Assembly (NCBI GenBank): GCA_028534125.1
Contig: CM052817.1
Span: forward strand, 52,144,001-52,208,000
Reading direction: 5' to 3'
DNA from: Lama glama
Lineage: Eukaryota
Length of the DNA: 64,000 bases
The notes under the pieces are model-generated. The model was given only the letters and a program-made list of their open reading frames with translations. It had not been told where the DNA came from and searched no databases. Within the stretch, counting starts at the first letter, position 1. Every line of letters begins with the position of its first letter. Below are positions 36,281 through 50,127 of the stretch, one piece after another. A program made the translations under genes and the position numbers.

Positions 36281-39200
36281 AAATTTAAAGACCAAAAATT
36301 TCCATAAAATAGAGAGTAAGATTAGTGTGCAGGTAACCTCAGTTGAGTAAAAAATACAATTATTTTTGGAAATGTATTTTTAGTCTTTCTTTTCTAAATT
36401 TGACTTGGTTGATGATTTTACTGATCAAGCATACTAGATAATTACTCTATATTAATTTGAAGAATATATATTATATATATAAATATATGTCATTAATTTT
36501 ATAGGAATCAGTTTACCATTTTAATTTTAGCAGCTGAAAATAATTTAAAATTGTGAACAAACAAGTTCATAGTAATTTCCCTAAATCTTTTGAATTTTTA
36601 AGGGTGATAATCTGGTGCAATAAGTGTACAACTGAAATTAAGGAAAATAGAAAGAATTGTGACAATCACCTGAAATAATTTATGTTAAAGTACTCTGTAA
36701 ATTCAAAGCAATTAAACTCTTAGTTTTGACAGAAATTATCTTATTTTCAAGCCTCACAGAGCTGCCCTGTTCTGGTATATCTATAAAAAAGAAGGAAACT
36801 TCGAAATACAAATTTCACTTTTTACAGATTTCTTTAACTTGTGTATTTCTTAATCTGAATTGATATACTCTGTTATTTCCTGAGTTGTTAGAAGATCCCG
36901 TATCAAGTCAGTTGTTCAATATTCTTAACAATACCCTCAATATCTGTTACATCATGGGAGTATTCTAAAGTCCTACACTACACATTCAATTAAGTTGAAT
37001 TCACTTATCTTTAATAGTAACTATGCAAGACATGTTTAGTGACACAAATTTAATTAAAGTAGAAAGGTTTTGCAATTTCAAAATATTTGAGACTTAGCGG
37101 TCTTTATTGTAATCCTATATTAAAAATACTGTTTAAAAAATGTTTTATATGTATACTCCAAACTTAGGCTGTAAGTAAGCTCTCACAGAATTGCTGTTCT
37201 TTAAGAAATAAGCAGTGCATAATCCAAGTTTAAAATAATATTTCTCTTCCTCAAGGTTTTTGTCCACTAACGTATACTTTACTTCAACATAATTTCAAAA
37301 CATACATTTAGCAGATTTCAAAACATTCCATATAAACACTTAAGATGCCATTTTTGACTTTATGCTTCCAGCTCGTTCCCAAACAGCTTGTACCCCTAGT
37401 TCATATAACATAATCAAGTTCATATAATCAAATCTACTGATGCTCAATAAAGTTTTAATAAATCTATAAATACAGTTTGTGAACAAAACTGGAAATGAAT
37501 TATTTTGATTTAATGTAGTGATTGGATTCTCATCTATGAAAATTTAAAAAAAATCTATCTAAATGAAATATACACAGGCTGTTGTAATTCTACACTCCTG
37601 TCCAACTATACTTAAAATATAAATTTGACATTATAAAGTGATGGAAAAACAGGTAAAATTTAATTCTAGGTAGTCACAGAATTCTCTCATTGAATTTCTG
37701 AGACTCTCAGTGTTCCATCTTCTTTTTTAAAAACACAGTCTGAACAAACTTGGACAAGAACATAGGAAATGATTTCCTGTCATTAGTACATAGTAATTTA
37801 AGTAAATAAATTAAGTAATTTGATTAAATTAAGCAAGTTGAAAATCTATTTATTATGCTCCTTCTATAAATACTATCATTTTGTCACTTTTTGTCAAACT
37901 TGGAAATGTATATTTAGGTTATTTCTGTCACTATGAGCATGCTCATGTTATTTTGGGGGCTTGATTTCTTGGTTGTTCTGAGAATTTCTGGTTTCAGTAA
38001 AATAGTTAGACTGGAAATCAGACTATGCTCTGCCAAAGAAAATTTCAAACTGAAGAAGTGTAGTCAAGTTTTAAGGCTATTTTCAATCCTTAGCTTGCCA
38101 TTAGAGATTTTGCAAATATACTATGTCTGTCACCAAGCTCTTCATCTTTCTCCTTTTCTGTATTCCCTGTCAAACCAAAAAACCTGTTTTCACCCAAATA
38201 GAAAAACTGGAGTTTATTCTACACTCTACTCTCTCTCTGTCTTTTCACACATGGTCAATTGAAAGTTAGTTCCTCTTAACTATATCTTAACTTCAACACC
38301 CTTTCTCCATTTACACTAAGAAATACTCATTTTCTGAAGCAAGCATTGTGCAGCCTCCCTCCCAAGGTTACTTTATATCCTCACAAATGTCCTCCAACTT
38401 TTAGCATCCTGGCTACCCTAGTGACACCCTCATTCCCTTTCCAATCCATTGGTCATATACACTAACATATTCAATGATACAATACCACACATACACTAAA
38501 GGACACACTATACACATATAGTTCAATTCTTTGAATGCTCCAGGATCTCTCATGCCTCTTTCCTAACTCCTTTGGCAAATTCAGAAAGATCTGAAACTTT
38601 TATCAAGTACTACATTCTTATGGAGGCTTTTGTAATCATTTTAGGCAAAATTATGAGCCCATCTCTTATTTGGAGGCAGCAGAGAAAGATGCTCACATAG
38701 ATGACACAGTTAAGAGGAGTAGAAGAGGGCCATTTAGATGAATTCTGCCTGATAAGTTTTCTGTTGTTGTGTCCTTTCTTGTTTTTAATTACATGGCAAG
38801 ATCAATCTGGACGCATAGAAAGGTAAGAGTGAAATACAGACTTCAGGTGAGACGGGCTACTTTAGAATAGGAACTATGGAAATTATATAAGAGAGTTGAG
38901 TTGAATGGGGTTAAGTAAAGTGATTTGTAAGTAACATTCCATGCTTACTGGTGGTTGGAAATTATAATGGGGTGTTTGTTTTCAGGAGTCAGAGTTAAGC
39001 ACCTTCATCTGAAGCCACCTGTCAGTCTGGAGTGGTAAGAAGAGACACTGATAAAGAATTAATCCAAGAGTAAGAACTATAAGGTCAAAAATTAGTGAGA
39101 ATTTGAGATGATTAAAACAGTATCATAAAGGAATTACAAGGAATCTAAGCTGTGTTAGAAAGGTGGCAAAGGCAACACATGGAAAAGAGATCCTAAAAAG

Positions 39201-40552
39201 TCCAAGGCTTAGCAATTTCGAGAAGTGACATGAGCAATTTAATATAAATTCCAATGGCAAAGAACTTTTTTCTGAATTTCTAACCAGTGCGTCACATATA
39301 TAGCAGTATAATAATTCTGATTACGTTTTGGGAAAAAAAATAATAGATGCATTTATAAATATATTTATATTTTTCCCTTTGTAACCAGCAAAACACCTAT
39401 CAATTTACATTGTTTTTCCAAAGTTAAAGAGATTAAGATAATAAATAATTGAAAGGATTTATTAAGCCCTCATCTAGTACTATAAATACTGTAGCATTTT
39501 GGGTTTCTCTTAAATAAAATATTTATTTTTAAATACAGAATTCTATGCATTTTTAAAATATGTATTTGATGCCTAAATTAGTATTATGCTCTGGTTCCAT
39601 AGTCATGCAGTTAAAATGAGACCTTATATAGTAAATTAATATTTTATTAAGAATAATAGATACTTTCAAAACAAAGTAAATAAAATTATCTAAAATAGAA
39701 TAGTATACTTGATGCTTTTTTCTAGTATAATTCAACAAATTAGGAACTTGGAAGAATGCCCCCTGCATTTTCAATTAGTATTATTGAAGAAAATTTAAAG
39801 AAAGATTTTGAAATTTTAGGATCATCCCTGTAGACAAAAAATAAGTCATTTTTAAAAATTAACAGATGCAAAGTTAAAATGATTTGAATTCAATGGATTG
39901 ATATCTTTCTGATCTAGTTTTTTTTTTAAGTGTAAGTTAACTTAAACTAGCAAATAGACTCTCAAAAATGTATTAAAAACCCTGAAAATTTAAGACATGC
40001 TTTTTCTGCTAATGGTGTGTCTTTCCCTTGAGACAGCATTGCCATTGATATTTATAAGAATTCTGTACTACATCAACAATAAAAATTCGAAGCAGCAAGC
40101 ATTTATACAAATCTTGGTGAACATATTTTAACTACATGAAGATGTCTCTGACTCACTGATAAATTTATAGTAGCATCATGAATTAAATTTCTAAAATAAA
40201 ATAAAAATAAGTGGATTGTTTGTTTAGAAAAAGGAACCCAGATGCTTAAAAGTTTCTTTTTTTTACATGAGTGAAATAAATTATTTGAAGATTGATTTAT
40301 AAAATAGAGGCTCTGGGTTACTTAAGAAGCTGCTACTTTTTTAGTAGGTAGTTGTCTAGACAGCTCGGGAAATAAGTGAATATTTTCATTTATTTCCTGC
40401 CTTTGATTTAGTGATTTTAGGATTTATATCTCTGAAGAACTACCTTTCCACTTTTATTGTTGTTCAGGACTACATTATTTTTTCCAAATTAGTCCTCAAT
40501 ATAGACTATGGTAAAAGTCATAAATTACATTTTGTTTACCAATGTATTTTTT

Positions 40553-41330
40553 AAGAAAAACTTTATTTTTCAGAAGCAGTTTCAGATTTACAGCAAGCAT
40601 GGCTTCCCTGATTATCAACATCACTTTTCAGAATGGTACTTTTTTTTTTTTAACCAAGTATGAACCTACATAGACATTCAAATTCCTTAGTTTACCTTAG
40701 GATTCACCCTTGGTATTGTATATTCTATAGATATGGACAAATGTATAATGACATATCCATAATTATAGTATCATTCAGAGTATTTTTACTGCCTTAGAAT
40801 CTTCCCTGCTTTGCCTCTTCATCTCTCTCTTCACCCCTAACCTTAGCAATGACTGATCTTTTCAATGTCTCTGTAGTTGTACCTTTTCAGAATGTCATAG
40901 AGTTAGAATCTTACAGTTTGTAGTCTTTTCAGATTGACTTCTTTCACTTAGTAATACACATTTGTTTTCCCCATGCCTTTTTGTGGCTTGATAGTTCATT
41001 TCTTTTTATGCGGAATAATATCCCAGTGTCTAGATATGCCATATTTTATCTGCTTCATGTACTGAAGGACATCTCGGTTGCTTCCAAATTTTAACAATTG
41101 TGAATAAAGCTACTGTAAACATCCACATGGAGGTTTTTGAATGGACATAGGGTTTCAGCTCCTTTGGGTAAATACCAAGTAGAGCAGTTCCCGGATCATA
41201 TGGTAAGAATATGTTTAGTTTTCTAAGAAACCTCCAAACTGTCTTCTAGAGAGGCTGTACCATTTTGCATTCCCACCAGCAATGAATAAGGGATCCCATT
41301 GGTGCATATCCTCACCAGCATTTAGAGTTG
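40553..41330 (-). mobile_element. L1MC1-like 3' end
   Basis: tagtttaccttaggattcacccttggtattgtatattctatag...ggacaaatgtataatgacatatcc; gactgatcttttcaatgtctctgtagttgtaccttttcagaatgtcatag. Confidence 0.9.
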
Positions 41331-42964
41331 ATGGTTTCAAATAGGCAAAGTCAAAGCTACATTGTATAAGAATGCATATTTAGGTAGTTGAAAGAAGTGC
41401 TTATCAAAGGCATGCAATGCTTGTCTCTGTCAGGTAGAGAGAGTTTTGAGATCTGTCAGGGATAGAATTCTGGTAATATTTTATATTGTAACCCAAAAGA
41501 TTGTTACATGAGTGTGTGTTTTAATAAGATTTAACTTGCATATTCATTGACACAATTAAAAGTGTTAAAAAAACAAAAGAAATAGAATGACTTAGAAATT
41601 CGGAATGTAAAATTCCCATAAAAGTAACATAGACATGTGGTGGAATCAAAATAACTTTCACTGTCATAACCAGTGGGGTATTTCTGCTACATTGTCAACC
41701 CTGGATATAAAATTATTAGGTAAAATAATTTTGCATTTAGTTCTTTTACAACCTCTTTTTGTTTGATCAAAGTCTTTTGAATGTCAAAGAATTTATGGCT
41801 CATAATTTAATTTAATTAGATCTTAATCATAAAAGTACAGTCACCATTTAATTGATATCTCATATTAAAATTTATTAAATAAACTTCTTAAAAATGGAAA
41901 TTTAAAATATGCAAATTAAATAGTTCAAGTTACTTTAATTTTTAACCATCTGTTTTTCTGTTCACCAAAAAAGAAAGAAAGAAAGGAAAAAGGAAGTAAT
42001 AAATGGTGACAGATTACCAAGGGAAAATAATTGTATTGTAAAATATTTATTAACTTTATTTTTCATTTGGTTAAAGAATAAGCCATAAACTTAATTTGAC
42101 CTAGAAACTAAACATATAATAATCCCAGCAGCCCTAATTAGTTAGAGAAACTGAACTTTCACCATATAACCTTCAAATCATCTGTTTGAATTTACTCTTT
42201 GCTTCTAAATCTCAGTTTTCCCAAGTGTTTCATGTGTCTCATTTCATATTGTTAATGAAACAACTCAATCAACAAGCCAGGTTTGTACGTGAGCAGATTT
42301 AGGCTGAGGTGGAATTAAAAGTCAAGCAGCGCCTTACACATTTTTTTTTTATTAAAAAAGAAACATTTCATCATCTTCTAATAATCTATCCAAAATTTGC
42401 CTTTTAACATGTTCATATTTTTTGCTAGACTTATTTCTCCTCTGAAAAGACAGATCTGCAGAAAAACAATGTTAATCTGATATATTAACTTTTCTTGTTT
42501 TATGATATAACAAGTATTATAACACTGTATATGACTATAATAATAGCCTTTTGTAATTATGATTGCCTTTTTCCCTCTTATTGTTTTTCTATATGTTACT
42601 CTGTTCAGATTTACTCAATATATTAAGATTATACATATACATATACTTACATACAGGCACACACATAAAAGCATGCACATATGTTGAAAATGTCAGGTGA
42701 TTAAATTTTAAGCAGTTTTTTTTTGATGATTTTTACTTATTTTATTTCCCATGATCTAAAAAGGACATATGGAGAGTAAAGTAGACACCACTGGAATCAA
42801 AGAATGTTAAGAAAGCTTCTTAACTAGGATTCCTTTATCTTTATCTAACTCTTTTTTTCAAATAAGAAGCAGAAAACGGAAACAACCCTAAAAGCCCAAA
42901 TTAATAAGGAGCTCTATTTATTATATCCATTTATATATTTGTGCATGCATTCATCTTTTAAAGT

Positions 42965-44020
42965 TTCATTATTCATTCAGTTATTAGTTAATTAATTCAT
43001 GCATTCTTTTATCCAGCACATATTTGCTTGTCACTATGCAAGAGTCATTTACAATAGTCACAGTAGAAATAAAATTTTATTGTTAAGCCATTGCATTCTG
43101 TTCGCTGAGGGATCCAGATATGAAAAACCAATAATTATAATATAAATTGTATTTTAAGTTGCTAATTTTATTGTAAAATGGTGTGTTATAGAAATTGAGC
43201 AGAGATAGTCAAGGATGGCTTTGAGACAGGAGGGAAGGAGACAGGCCACAGCCACTCAAGGAATGACAGCAATTTAACACCAAAATGGTGGAAGATTCAC
43301 CTCCTAGTTGGCCTTGAGGATTAAGAGGTTTAACTTGTAGTAGACCTTGAGCTTCATTATGTGCACACTGTAACAGAGTGATCAAATAACATGCCTGCAG
43401 GCATCATGACAGCCCCAAGGCTAACTGCAAAAGGCCAAAGAATGGGTGGTGGCCCAATTCCTGGTAATCCCAGCCCCATCCCCAGGGCAGTTGGATTGAT
43501 CCCACTTGTAGGCATGTGAGGCTACTGAGAACATAAAAAGTGACAACACTATGCTTAGAGGCCCTTTGTGCTCTCTCTCCCCTTTGGAGATGGACCACAC
43601 TCTGTCTATGAAGTGTGTACCTACTTTTACTTTAATCTGAGCACCCAATTCCCACACCGCTCTCCTTGCCTTTCTCTTGCCTTACACTCTATGCAGTATG
43701 TATCTCTCATAATAAATCTACCTTAACTCAATGGTGGCTCGCACTTGAATTCTTTCCTGCGCGAAGCCAAGGACTCACACTTGGCAAGGCACGTCCCAGG
43801 GGTTCAGCCGAGACCTGGGACTTGGGCCTTTTCATGCCCCACATCCATTTTCCTGCATCAGCTTCACTACTGGAACTGGATCTTTAAGGTTAAATAAAAT
43901 TTTTCCAGATAAAGAAAAGAAACAAAGGAAATTCTAAACACAAAGAACAAGTATACAAATGCATGAAGACATGGAGGGGTAGAGCATATTCAGAATTAGA
44001 AAGAAGTTTGGGTTGATCAG
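42965..44020 (-). mobile_element. L2 remnant interrupted by the LTR at 43222-43860
   Basis: attcatgcattcttttatccagcacatatttg (L2 tail, reversed); ggaactggatctttaagg...ggaaattctaaacacaaagaacaag after the LTR. Confidence 0.55.
43222..43860 (+). mobile_element. Intact ERV1 solo LTR, MER41-like
   Basis: Termini TGAGACAGG...CCTGCATCA; 4-bp TSD gctt (43218-43221 / 43861-43864); cataaaaa TATA-like box; aataaa; gaattctttcctgcgcgaagccaaggac typical of MER41-group LTRs. Confidence 0.9.
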
Positions 44021-45109
44021 AAAAACTTAAGCAGCTCTAAACACTGGAAAGATACACCAACCCTCAGTCACATAATTCAAAAAGAATAATACTAAAATGA
44101 AATAAAGTGTAAGGAAGTCAGATGTTGCTATTTTTCTCTGTAATGAATGCTTTCTAGACGTACCTAATATGAAATTTTTTCAATGGAAATTCTGGTTTCT
44201 CTGCTTTGATGGTATTTTTGTCATATATTTAATATCCACAATAGTGATGCTATGGTTCGTAATATACAAAGATATAGATTCTGGCGAACCTGAACCAATT
44301 TTGGTCCTAGAAACTTTAGGTATTTATCATTGTAATAAGTATATCAATAATGAAAATAATTAGAGATGGAGTTTTTCAAGACTTCAATTACTTTAAACTG
44401 AACTTACATTAAACTGAACTTACATTTAATTTAAAGCTTCTACCAGATTTCTTTAATAAGCTATTTTACCATAAATTTAGTTTTAAAACCTCTCTTTTGT
44501 AATATCAGTTAGCCAAATACAGTAAAAATTCTGATACTTATACAGATATTTTTCAGATGGTATTATAGATACATTTTCTATAAAGTTGACTAAATAGTTT
44601 TACTTGTAAGTCAGACAAGGTTAATTTTAAATTGCAATAACTGATATAATCCTAAATCAGCATGAAGTACACGAAATGTATGACTATTCCTAGTTGTAGT
44701 GTACCTCATTCAACTGTCTGAAACCAATGATCTAGTTTTTGCATATCAGATCCTGTATAGGGCTCCCTCTGGCCTAATGAAATTACTCAAATGCTTAGCA
44801 GGAATAAAAACTTGACGTTTGTTTCAGTTTCTTTTTTCCTAATTCGAACAGGAAATAACTAGATGCTTTCATATAAATTTTAATTACACTGCATTTGCTT
44901 AAAATTCGGTGGAAACCAGGAGATTTGATGAATCTATTTTTCTAAATACATTTCTTAAAACTTTGCACTTTTACAATGTCAAATGTATGTAAATTTCAGA
45001 GGGTAAATGATGCCATAGATATAGTGAATGTATCAGGGGGAAAGAGAACCTTGATGGGTGTATGTACGCTGCCCATACAGATAAGACATTATCTCAGGGA
45101 ATTAAATCC

Positions 45110-45452
45110 AATAGGCTCATTGTATCCCTGGATTCCACATCTGGGGATTCAATGAACTGTTTTGAAAATATTTGGAAAAAATTCCGGAATGTTCCCAAAA
45201 GCACAATTTTAATTTGTCACACATTTGGCCACTATTTATCATTTACATTGTATTAGGTATTATCATTTACATTGTATTAGGTATTACAAGTAATCTAGAG
45301 ATGATTTAAACTATACCGGAGGATGTGCATAGGTTACTTGCAAATACTATGCCATTTTATATAAAGGTCTTGAGCATCCAGGGATTTTGGTATCCAGTGG
45401 GGAAGGAGGATGTCTTAGAACCAATCCCACCTTGTTACTGAGCAACATCTAT
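45110..45452. mobile_element. MER2-type Tigger MITE
   Basis: catttacattgtattaggtattacaagtaatctagagatgatttaaa...ggaggatgtgcataggtta...gcaaatactatgccattttatataaagg.cttgagcatcc. Confidence 0.9.
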
Positions 45453-47163
45453 CCCTGCCTTTCTTGATTTTTCAATCTTCAAGAAGAACATAAATAGGTG
45501 AAATGTGTTTTTGCTAATCTTATTTAAAGCGAATTGGAATTTATATGAAGTAGATTCTTAGGTACTAAATTGGAAAACATTAAGATTTTCCTAAAAGCTA
45601 AAAATAATCAGAATAAAGTAGTCAGTAAAATGCATACCAACCATGTTATCACACAACCTTTCAGATAACTAAAGATAAGGGTTTCTTGCTTGTTATCAAT
45701 GGAAATTTTAATATCTATGTTTTGTCTTCTACACATGCAGAACCAAAAACTAGTAAGAAGTTTATAAAGCTAATTTCTATTTCCCAATTATTTTTGTTAT
45801 TAATTCTTGTCCCTTGAAATTAAAAAATAAAAAAAAAAAACGGAATTAACCAGTCTCCTATCATTACTACTCACAAGCAAATTATGATAGCACTGGTTGA
45901 GCATATAGGTACGAAGCTTAAACTTTTGAACTTGAGTGGGTTTTTACATCTAAGAAGAAAGGGAAATATTCCTTTGCGTATGATACGCGCACACACACAC
46001 ACACAATAAAGAGCATATATTAGAATTTCTTAAGACTAATATCCAAAGATGAATTATTGCAAAATACCTAAGGCTCACTGTTCAGTTCTTCTCAAACCCA
46101 GGCTCGTAAAGGGGTATGCAGTGTATTTATTTTCAGCCTCCAGCATTGTGGAGGTTGGCCTCAATGTTCCTTGCTGGCTTCATGAAATCGAGCAGTCTAC
46201 ACAGCAAACTGTCATTAATCTTATAATCATAATCCAATTCACAAATACTACCACAGATAGTGAACTTTGCAGCTTCTTAGACAGAAAGTTTGTCCGTGTA
46301 TATTTTCAAATAATAATAATGAGATCATTTGAATCCGTTGGCACTTATTTTTATAAAATTGTAAAAGACATGTTCCCTTGTTTTCTTTAATTTTTCTATC
46401 TAATTCCTCTACCAGAATTTGTCTCATGGTTGTACATTTTCTACTTACCACAAGGTGATGGTAAACTTCCAACTTCTGTTTTCTTTTTTGTTGTTATATT
46501 TCCTTATTATGTCTGTTCATCATGATCTGGAATACAGCTGACTTTCGAGTTTTCAATTGTCATTATCCTTATGATTATAATTTGGACAGAAGCTTGCTTT
46601 TCTATGCTTATGTCTGGTTATTTCAAAAATACTATTAAAACTGCTTTTATATTTTGTTATTATTTTGGTATAGTGTCCTGAAGAAAAATAGTATCACTAA
46701 CAGTCAAGCAGGCTATTCTGCAATAAAAGTTTTAAAATAGAGCAGTGAAAAGATGTGGGATGACATGCTATTTTTAAACCATTGGAGTGGAGATGGGGGT
46801 ATATATGCTGCCTGAGGTTGAGTGTATTTAGTGAACAACCTGATATCAAGGCCCATTAGCTGATGAATAAGTTGAGAAGGCAGACAGAAGGCACAGATAT
46901 TTATATACAAAGCAATGATAAATGAAACCAAGCAGCAAAACTACCAGAAACTCAGAAGCAACAGTGACGAAAATGGAGGCTGGGAAGAATGTGGACTGAG
47001 AACAGACATAGAATGTGGTGAGATATCAGTCAATGCAATGCAGTATTTGTTAAAGGCACATTTTTTAGCTTCTCAAGAAAAAAAAATCTTTGATTAAGAA
47101 ATGGAAGCAATCTGATGAACGTGATCATGTAGAAGAGGGATCTCACTTAGTTAAAGATGGGAC

Positions 47164-47320
47164 GGGGGGACAGTATAGCTCAGTGGTAGAGCGCATGTTT
47201 AGCGTGCATGAGGTCCTGGGTTCAATCCCCAGTAACTCCATTAAGAAAATAAAATAGGTAAACCTAATTACCTCCACCTCAACAAAATTTAAACAAAATA
47301 AAACTAAATAAAAAATTTTA
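47164..47320 (+). mobile_element. tRNA-Ala-derived SINE, camelid Vic-1 type
   Basis: gggggacagtatagctcagtggtagagcgcatgtttagcgtgcatgaggtcctgggttcaatccccagtaactcca (A and B boxes), A-rich linker, aaacctaattacctcc and A-rich tail; TSD aaagatgg(g/t)ac at 47153-47163 / 47321-47331. Confidence 0.9.
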
Positions 47321-47662
47321 AAAGATGGTACTATTTCTTCTGATAGGCTATGAATGTGAGTGTACATAAAACATACTGCACAACAACAACAAGAAAGGAG
47401 TAGAGATTGAAAAAGTGAATGAACACATTTTTCAAACAAGGGAAGGAAAGAGGACCCAGGACACACATTTACAAGTCAGTTTGTAAGAAGAAGAAATGTT
47501 AACTTTTTTCTTAGAAATAGAACAAAATTAGTTTTGAGTGTATAGTAATACTCATGAAGTCAATTGTTTTTAACTTTAGGGATGTTTTGTAGATGACTGC
47601 AGAATTTTTAATCAAACCTAGATGATTAATCAGTTCTCTTTCACTTCTAAGATCCCCTAATT

Positions 47663-48133
47663 ATAGGTAGATGATTGCAAAAATGGCCACACATCATTCC
47701 CTTCTTTTTGTCCAGGATTTTTGGTAGTTCTTCCCACACTGAGCCTGTGCAGGTCATGGGAGTCTCTTTGACCAGTGAGACATGGCAAATATGACACATG
47801 CAAAAGATGACAAAAACTTGTGCACTGGGTCTTGATGCTCTTGGAACCCTGAGAACCAGGATGTGGGTGACATCAGGGACAGTGTGCTGGAGGATGAGAC
47901 GCCACATGGAGACCATCTGAGTGTCCCAGTCTGTATTCAGTCAAGCCCTCACTCTCATGGCATCTGAATGACAACACATGCATGAGTCATTCCCAGCTGA
48001 GACTAGCCGAGTCTGAACTAGACCAGGAATATGCTTTTCTGAGGTTAGCCCAAATTTCCAGATTGTAAACATGTGACTTGAAGAAATTGTTTTGTTTGAA
48101 ATGTTTGTTATGCAATAAAAACTAAGTTGTTCA
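47663..48133 (+). mobile_element. MaLR solo LTR (MLT1G/H-like)
   Basis: attgcaaaaatggccac, tgctggaggatgagacgccacatggaga, agcccaaatttccag, tttgttatgcaata...ca. Confidence 0.8.
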
Positions 48134-49247
48134 GGCATTAAAGTGAATTCTTATGATACGGTTGGGAAAATTATCTATACTTTCTCATCTCATTTTCATA
48201 TCCCTCAGACATGCTTATAATATGGGTGGAAACAAAAATCTATAGCAAAGCTTCTGGCATTTTGTGTATTATTAAATGGGGAGAAATGCCTATGATCAGT
48301 TTGATGGCATCTGGAGCTCCTCCTTGAAAGAAAGGTTCTGGAGTTTGCTGTGCACATCAGAAGCCCCATCTGAACAAACTTGCTGGCTCCTCTTCATCTG
48401 GAAGTCACGCAAAGAAATTGTGCCTTTGTCATAGAGTGGGACCTCTTTTCTATTCCATTTTGGAACAGAAAGAGACAACAGATATGCCACAGCACACCTT
48501 GATGCTAGCCTTTGCCGGCAGCTCCAAGTGGAAGAGTCAGACTCACTGTTAAGGGCTTTAGAGTCTTTGAAAGCAGAATGCTCTTTAATGAGAGTCATGG
48601 GTACTTAAACTCACTTTGCATTTTGTTTTTTTTTGTATGTTCTAGAAAGAGGTTAAGGCTGTTAATGATATATTTAACTGGTAATTTAATTCTCTGGGAG
48701 GAGGTTAAAGGAATGGGAAAAGAAATTGAGGACAATTTTCCTTTCCATGATACTAGAAGCACACAAGAAGGTGTGATCTCTAATGAAATTTTAGAAATCA
48801 GGAAACAAAAAGCAAAAAATCTAATACTGAACGCTTTAGGTAGTTCTATAAGATCCTGCATTTTGGAAATAAAGTTGTAATAAAAAGTAGATTTAGATGA
48901 AAATGAGCAGTTTATTTTCTTGCCATACATTCTTTTGTCAATACCTTTCATAGGCTTAATCCAGCTAGAAGACAGCTTACAAAAGGACTTATAAAATCCA
49001 ATGTTTCAGGTGTCAGCTTCCCCCTCTCTCTGCCCCAGTACAGAGTATACTAAGAATACAGTAAGAAATGGATCTAAAAGCACAGAGTCAAATTATCTGG
49101 ACACAGTCCCTGAAATAGAATTTCTCATAAAGGAGTACTGAGTATACACAGTGAGCCATGGATGTTGGAGTACAGTCGTGATTTTGTGCACCACAGAGCA
49201 GCTGATCTGCCAATGTGAGCCAGTGTTCACATTGGCAAAGACAGGAG

Positions 49248-49248
<1 letters not shown>

Positions 49249-49291
<43 letters not shown>

Positions 49292-49292
49292 G
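49249..49292 (+). repeat. Compound microsatellite (TG)11(AG)11
   Basis: Seen directly. Confidence 0.97.
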
Positions 49293-49519
49293 GGAGGGAG
49301 ACAAAGAGAGAAAACTGGAGTAACTGTCTCAATGAACTCAAAATTTATCTAAATAAATGATAAATGTCAGTGCCCAAACAACTTCTCTATTGAAATACAA
49401 CCTCAGTCACCCTCACAACCACCAGTGAGGTTAACCCTGAAAGAAGTATTCCTATTTCATGATCTTTGGGAAGCCTCAAACATCATAAGTTTTAATAGTA
49501 TGACTAAAGTAAATCATAT

Positions 49520-50127
49520 TGTGGGTTCTGGCCGGCAGAAGTCCCACCAAGATGGAATGAATTACTCAAGACTCTGTGGAAAAGTCTAGAGAGGGAGAGG
49601 GAGTCAGGAGCCAACTCCACGAGCCTCTCAAATGCCCCCATATTTTATTGAGTACAGTCAAAGGAGGAATGCAGGAATTTAGGGAAGGACAGGGTGGGAT
49701 CACAATGAATACAAAGGCTTTGTTTACTGTTGGTGTTTGGCTCAAGGTCAGAAGACCCTTTTTGGTGAATCATGTTGTGTTGAGCCTTTCAGCTTATCAG
49801 GGCGGAACGTGTGAGAATCAGCTGCTTAACAACTTGGACTCAAGCGGCTGTGCCTGTCTTAGGTTGCTCCCCCTCGGGGGATCTTACCTGTCATTGGCTA
49901 ACCAGCCTTCGCACCCGGAGTCTGCAGCTTTTTATAAGTTGTTTACCATTCCAGCCCAAGGCTGTTTTGGGGATAGAAGACTATCTAACAGCAGGCACGC
50001 CCAGCGTTTATAGCCAAGGGCCTGGGTCATTGCTAAAACCTCAAGGCAGTTACTAAGCACATCTTCTTTAAGGAGATAAGCGGCTGGGATCTGTTACAAT
50101 TTGTTAAACCAATCATGGGCTCCCACA
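49520..50127 (-). mobile_element. Intact solo LTR, probably ERV class II (betaretrovirus-like)
   Basis: Inverted termini TGTGGG...CCCACA; 6-bp TSD tcatat/tcaaat (49514-49519 / 50128-50133); minus-strand aataaa near 49645; retains several CpGs. Confidence 0.85.

Noticed and set aside
47164..47240. tRNA gene
   Set aside because: Acceptor stem and anticodon region are degenerate; followed by a SINE tail and flanked by a TSD.
48085..48120. ttgttatgcaat as another Sox-Oct site
   Set aside because: It is the standard 3' terminal sequence of the MLT1 LTR, and the octamer is imperfect.
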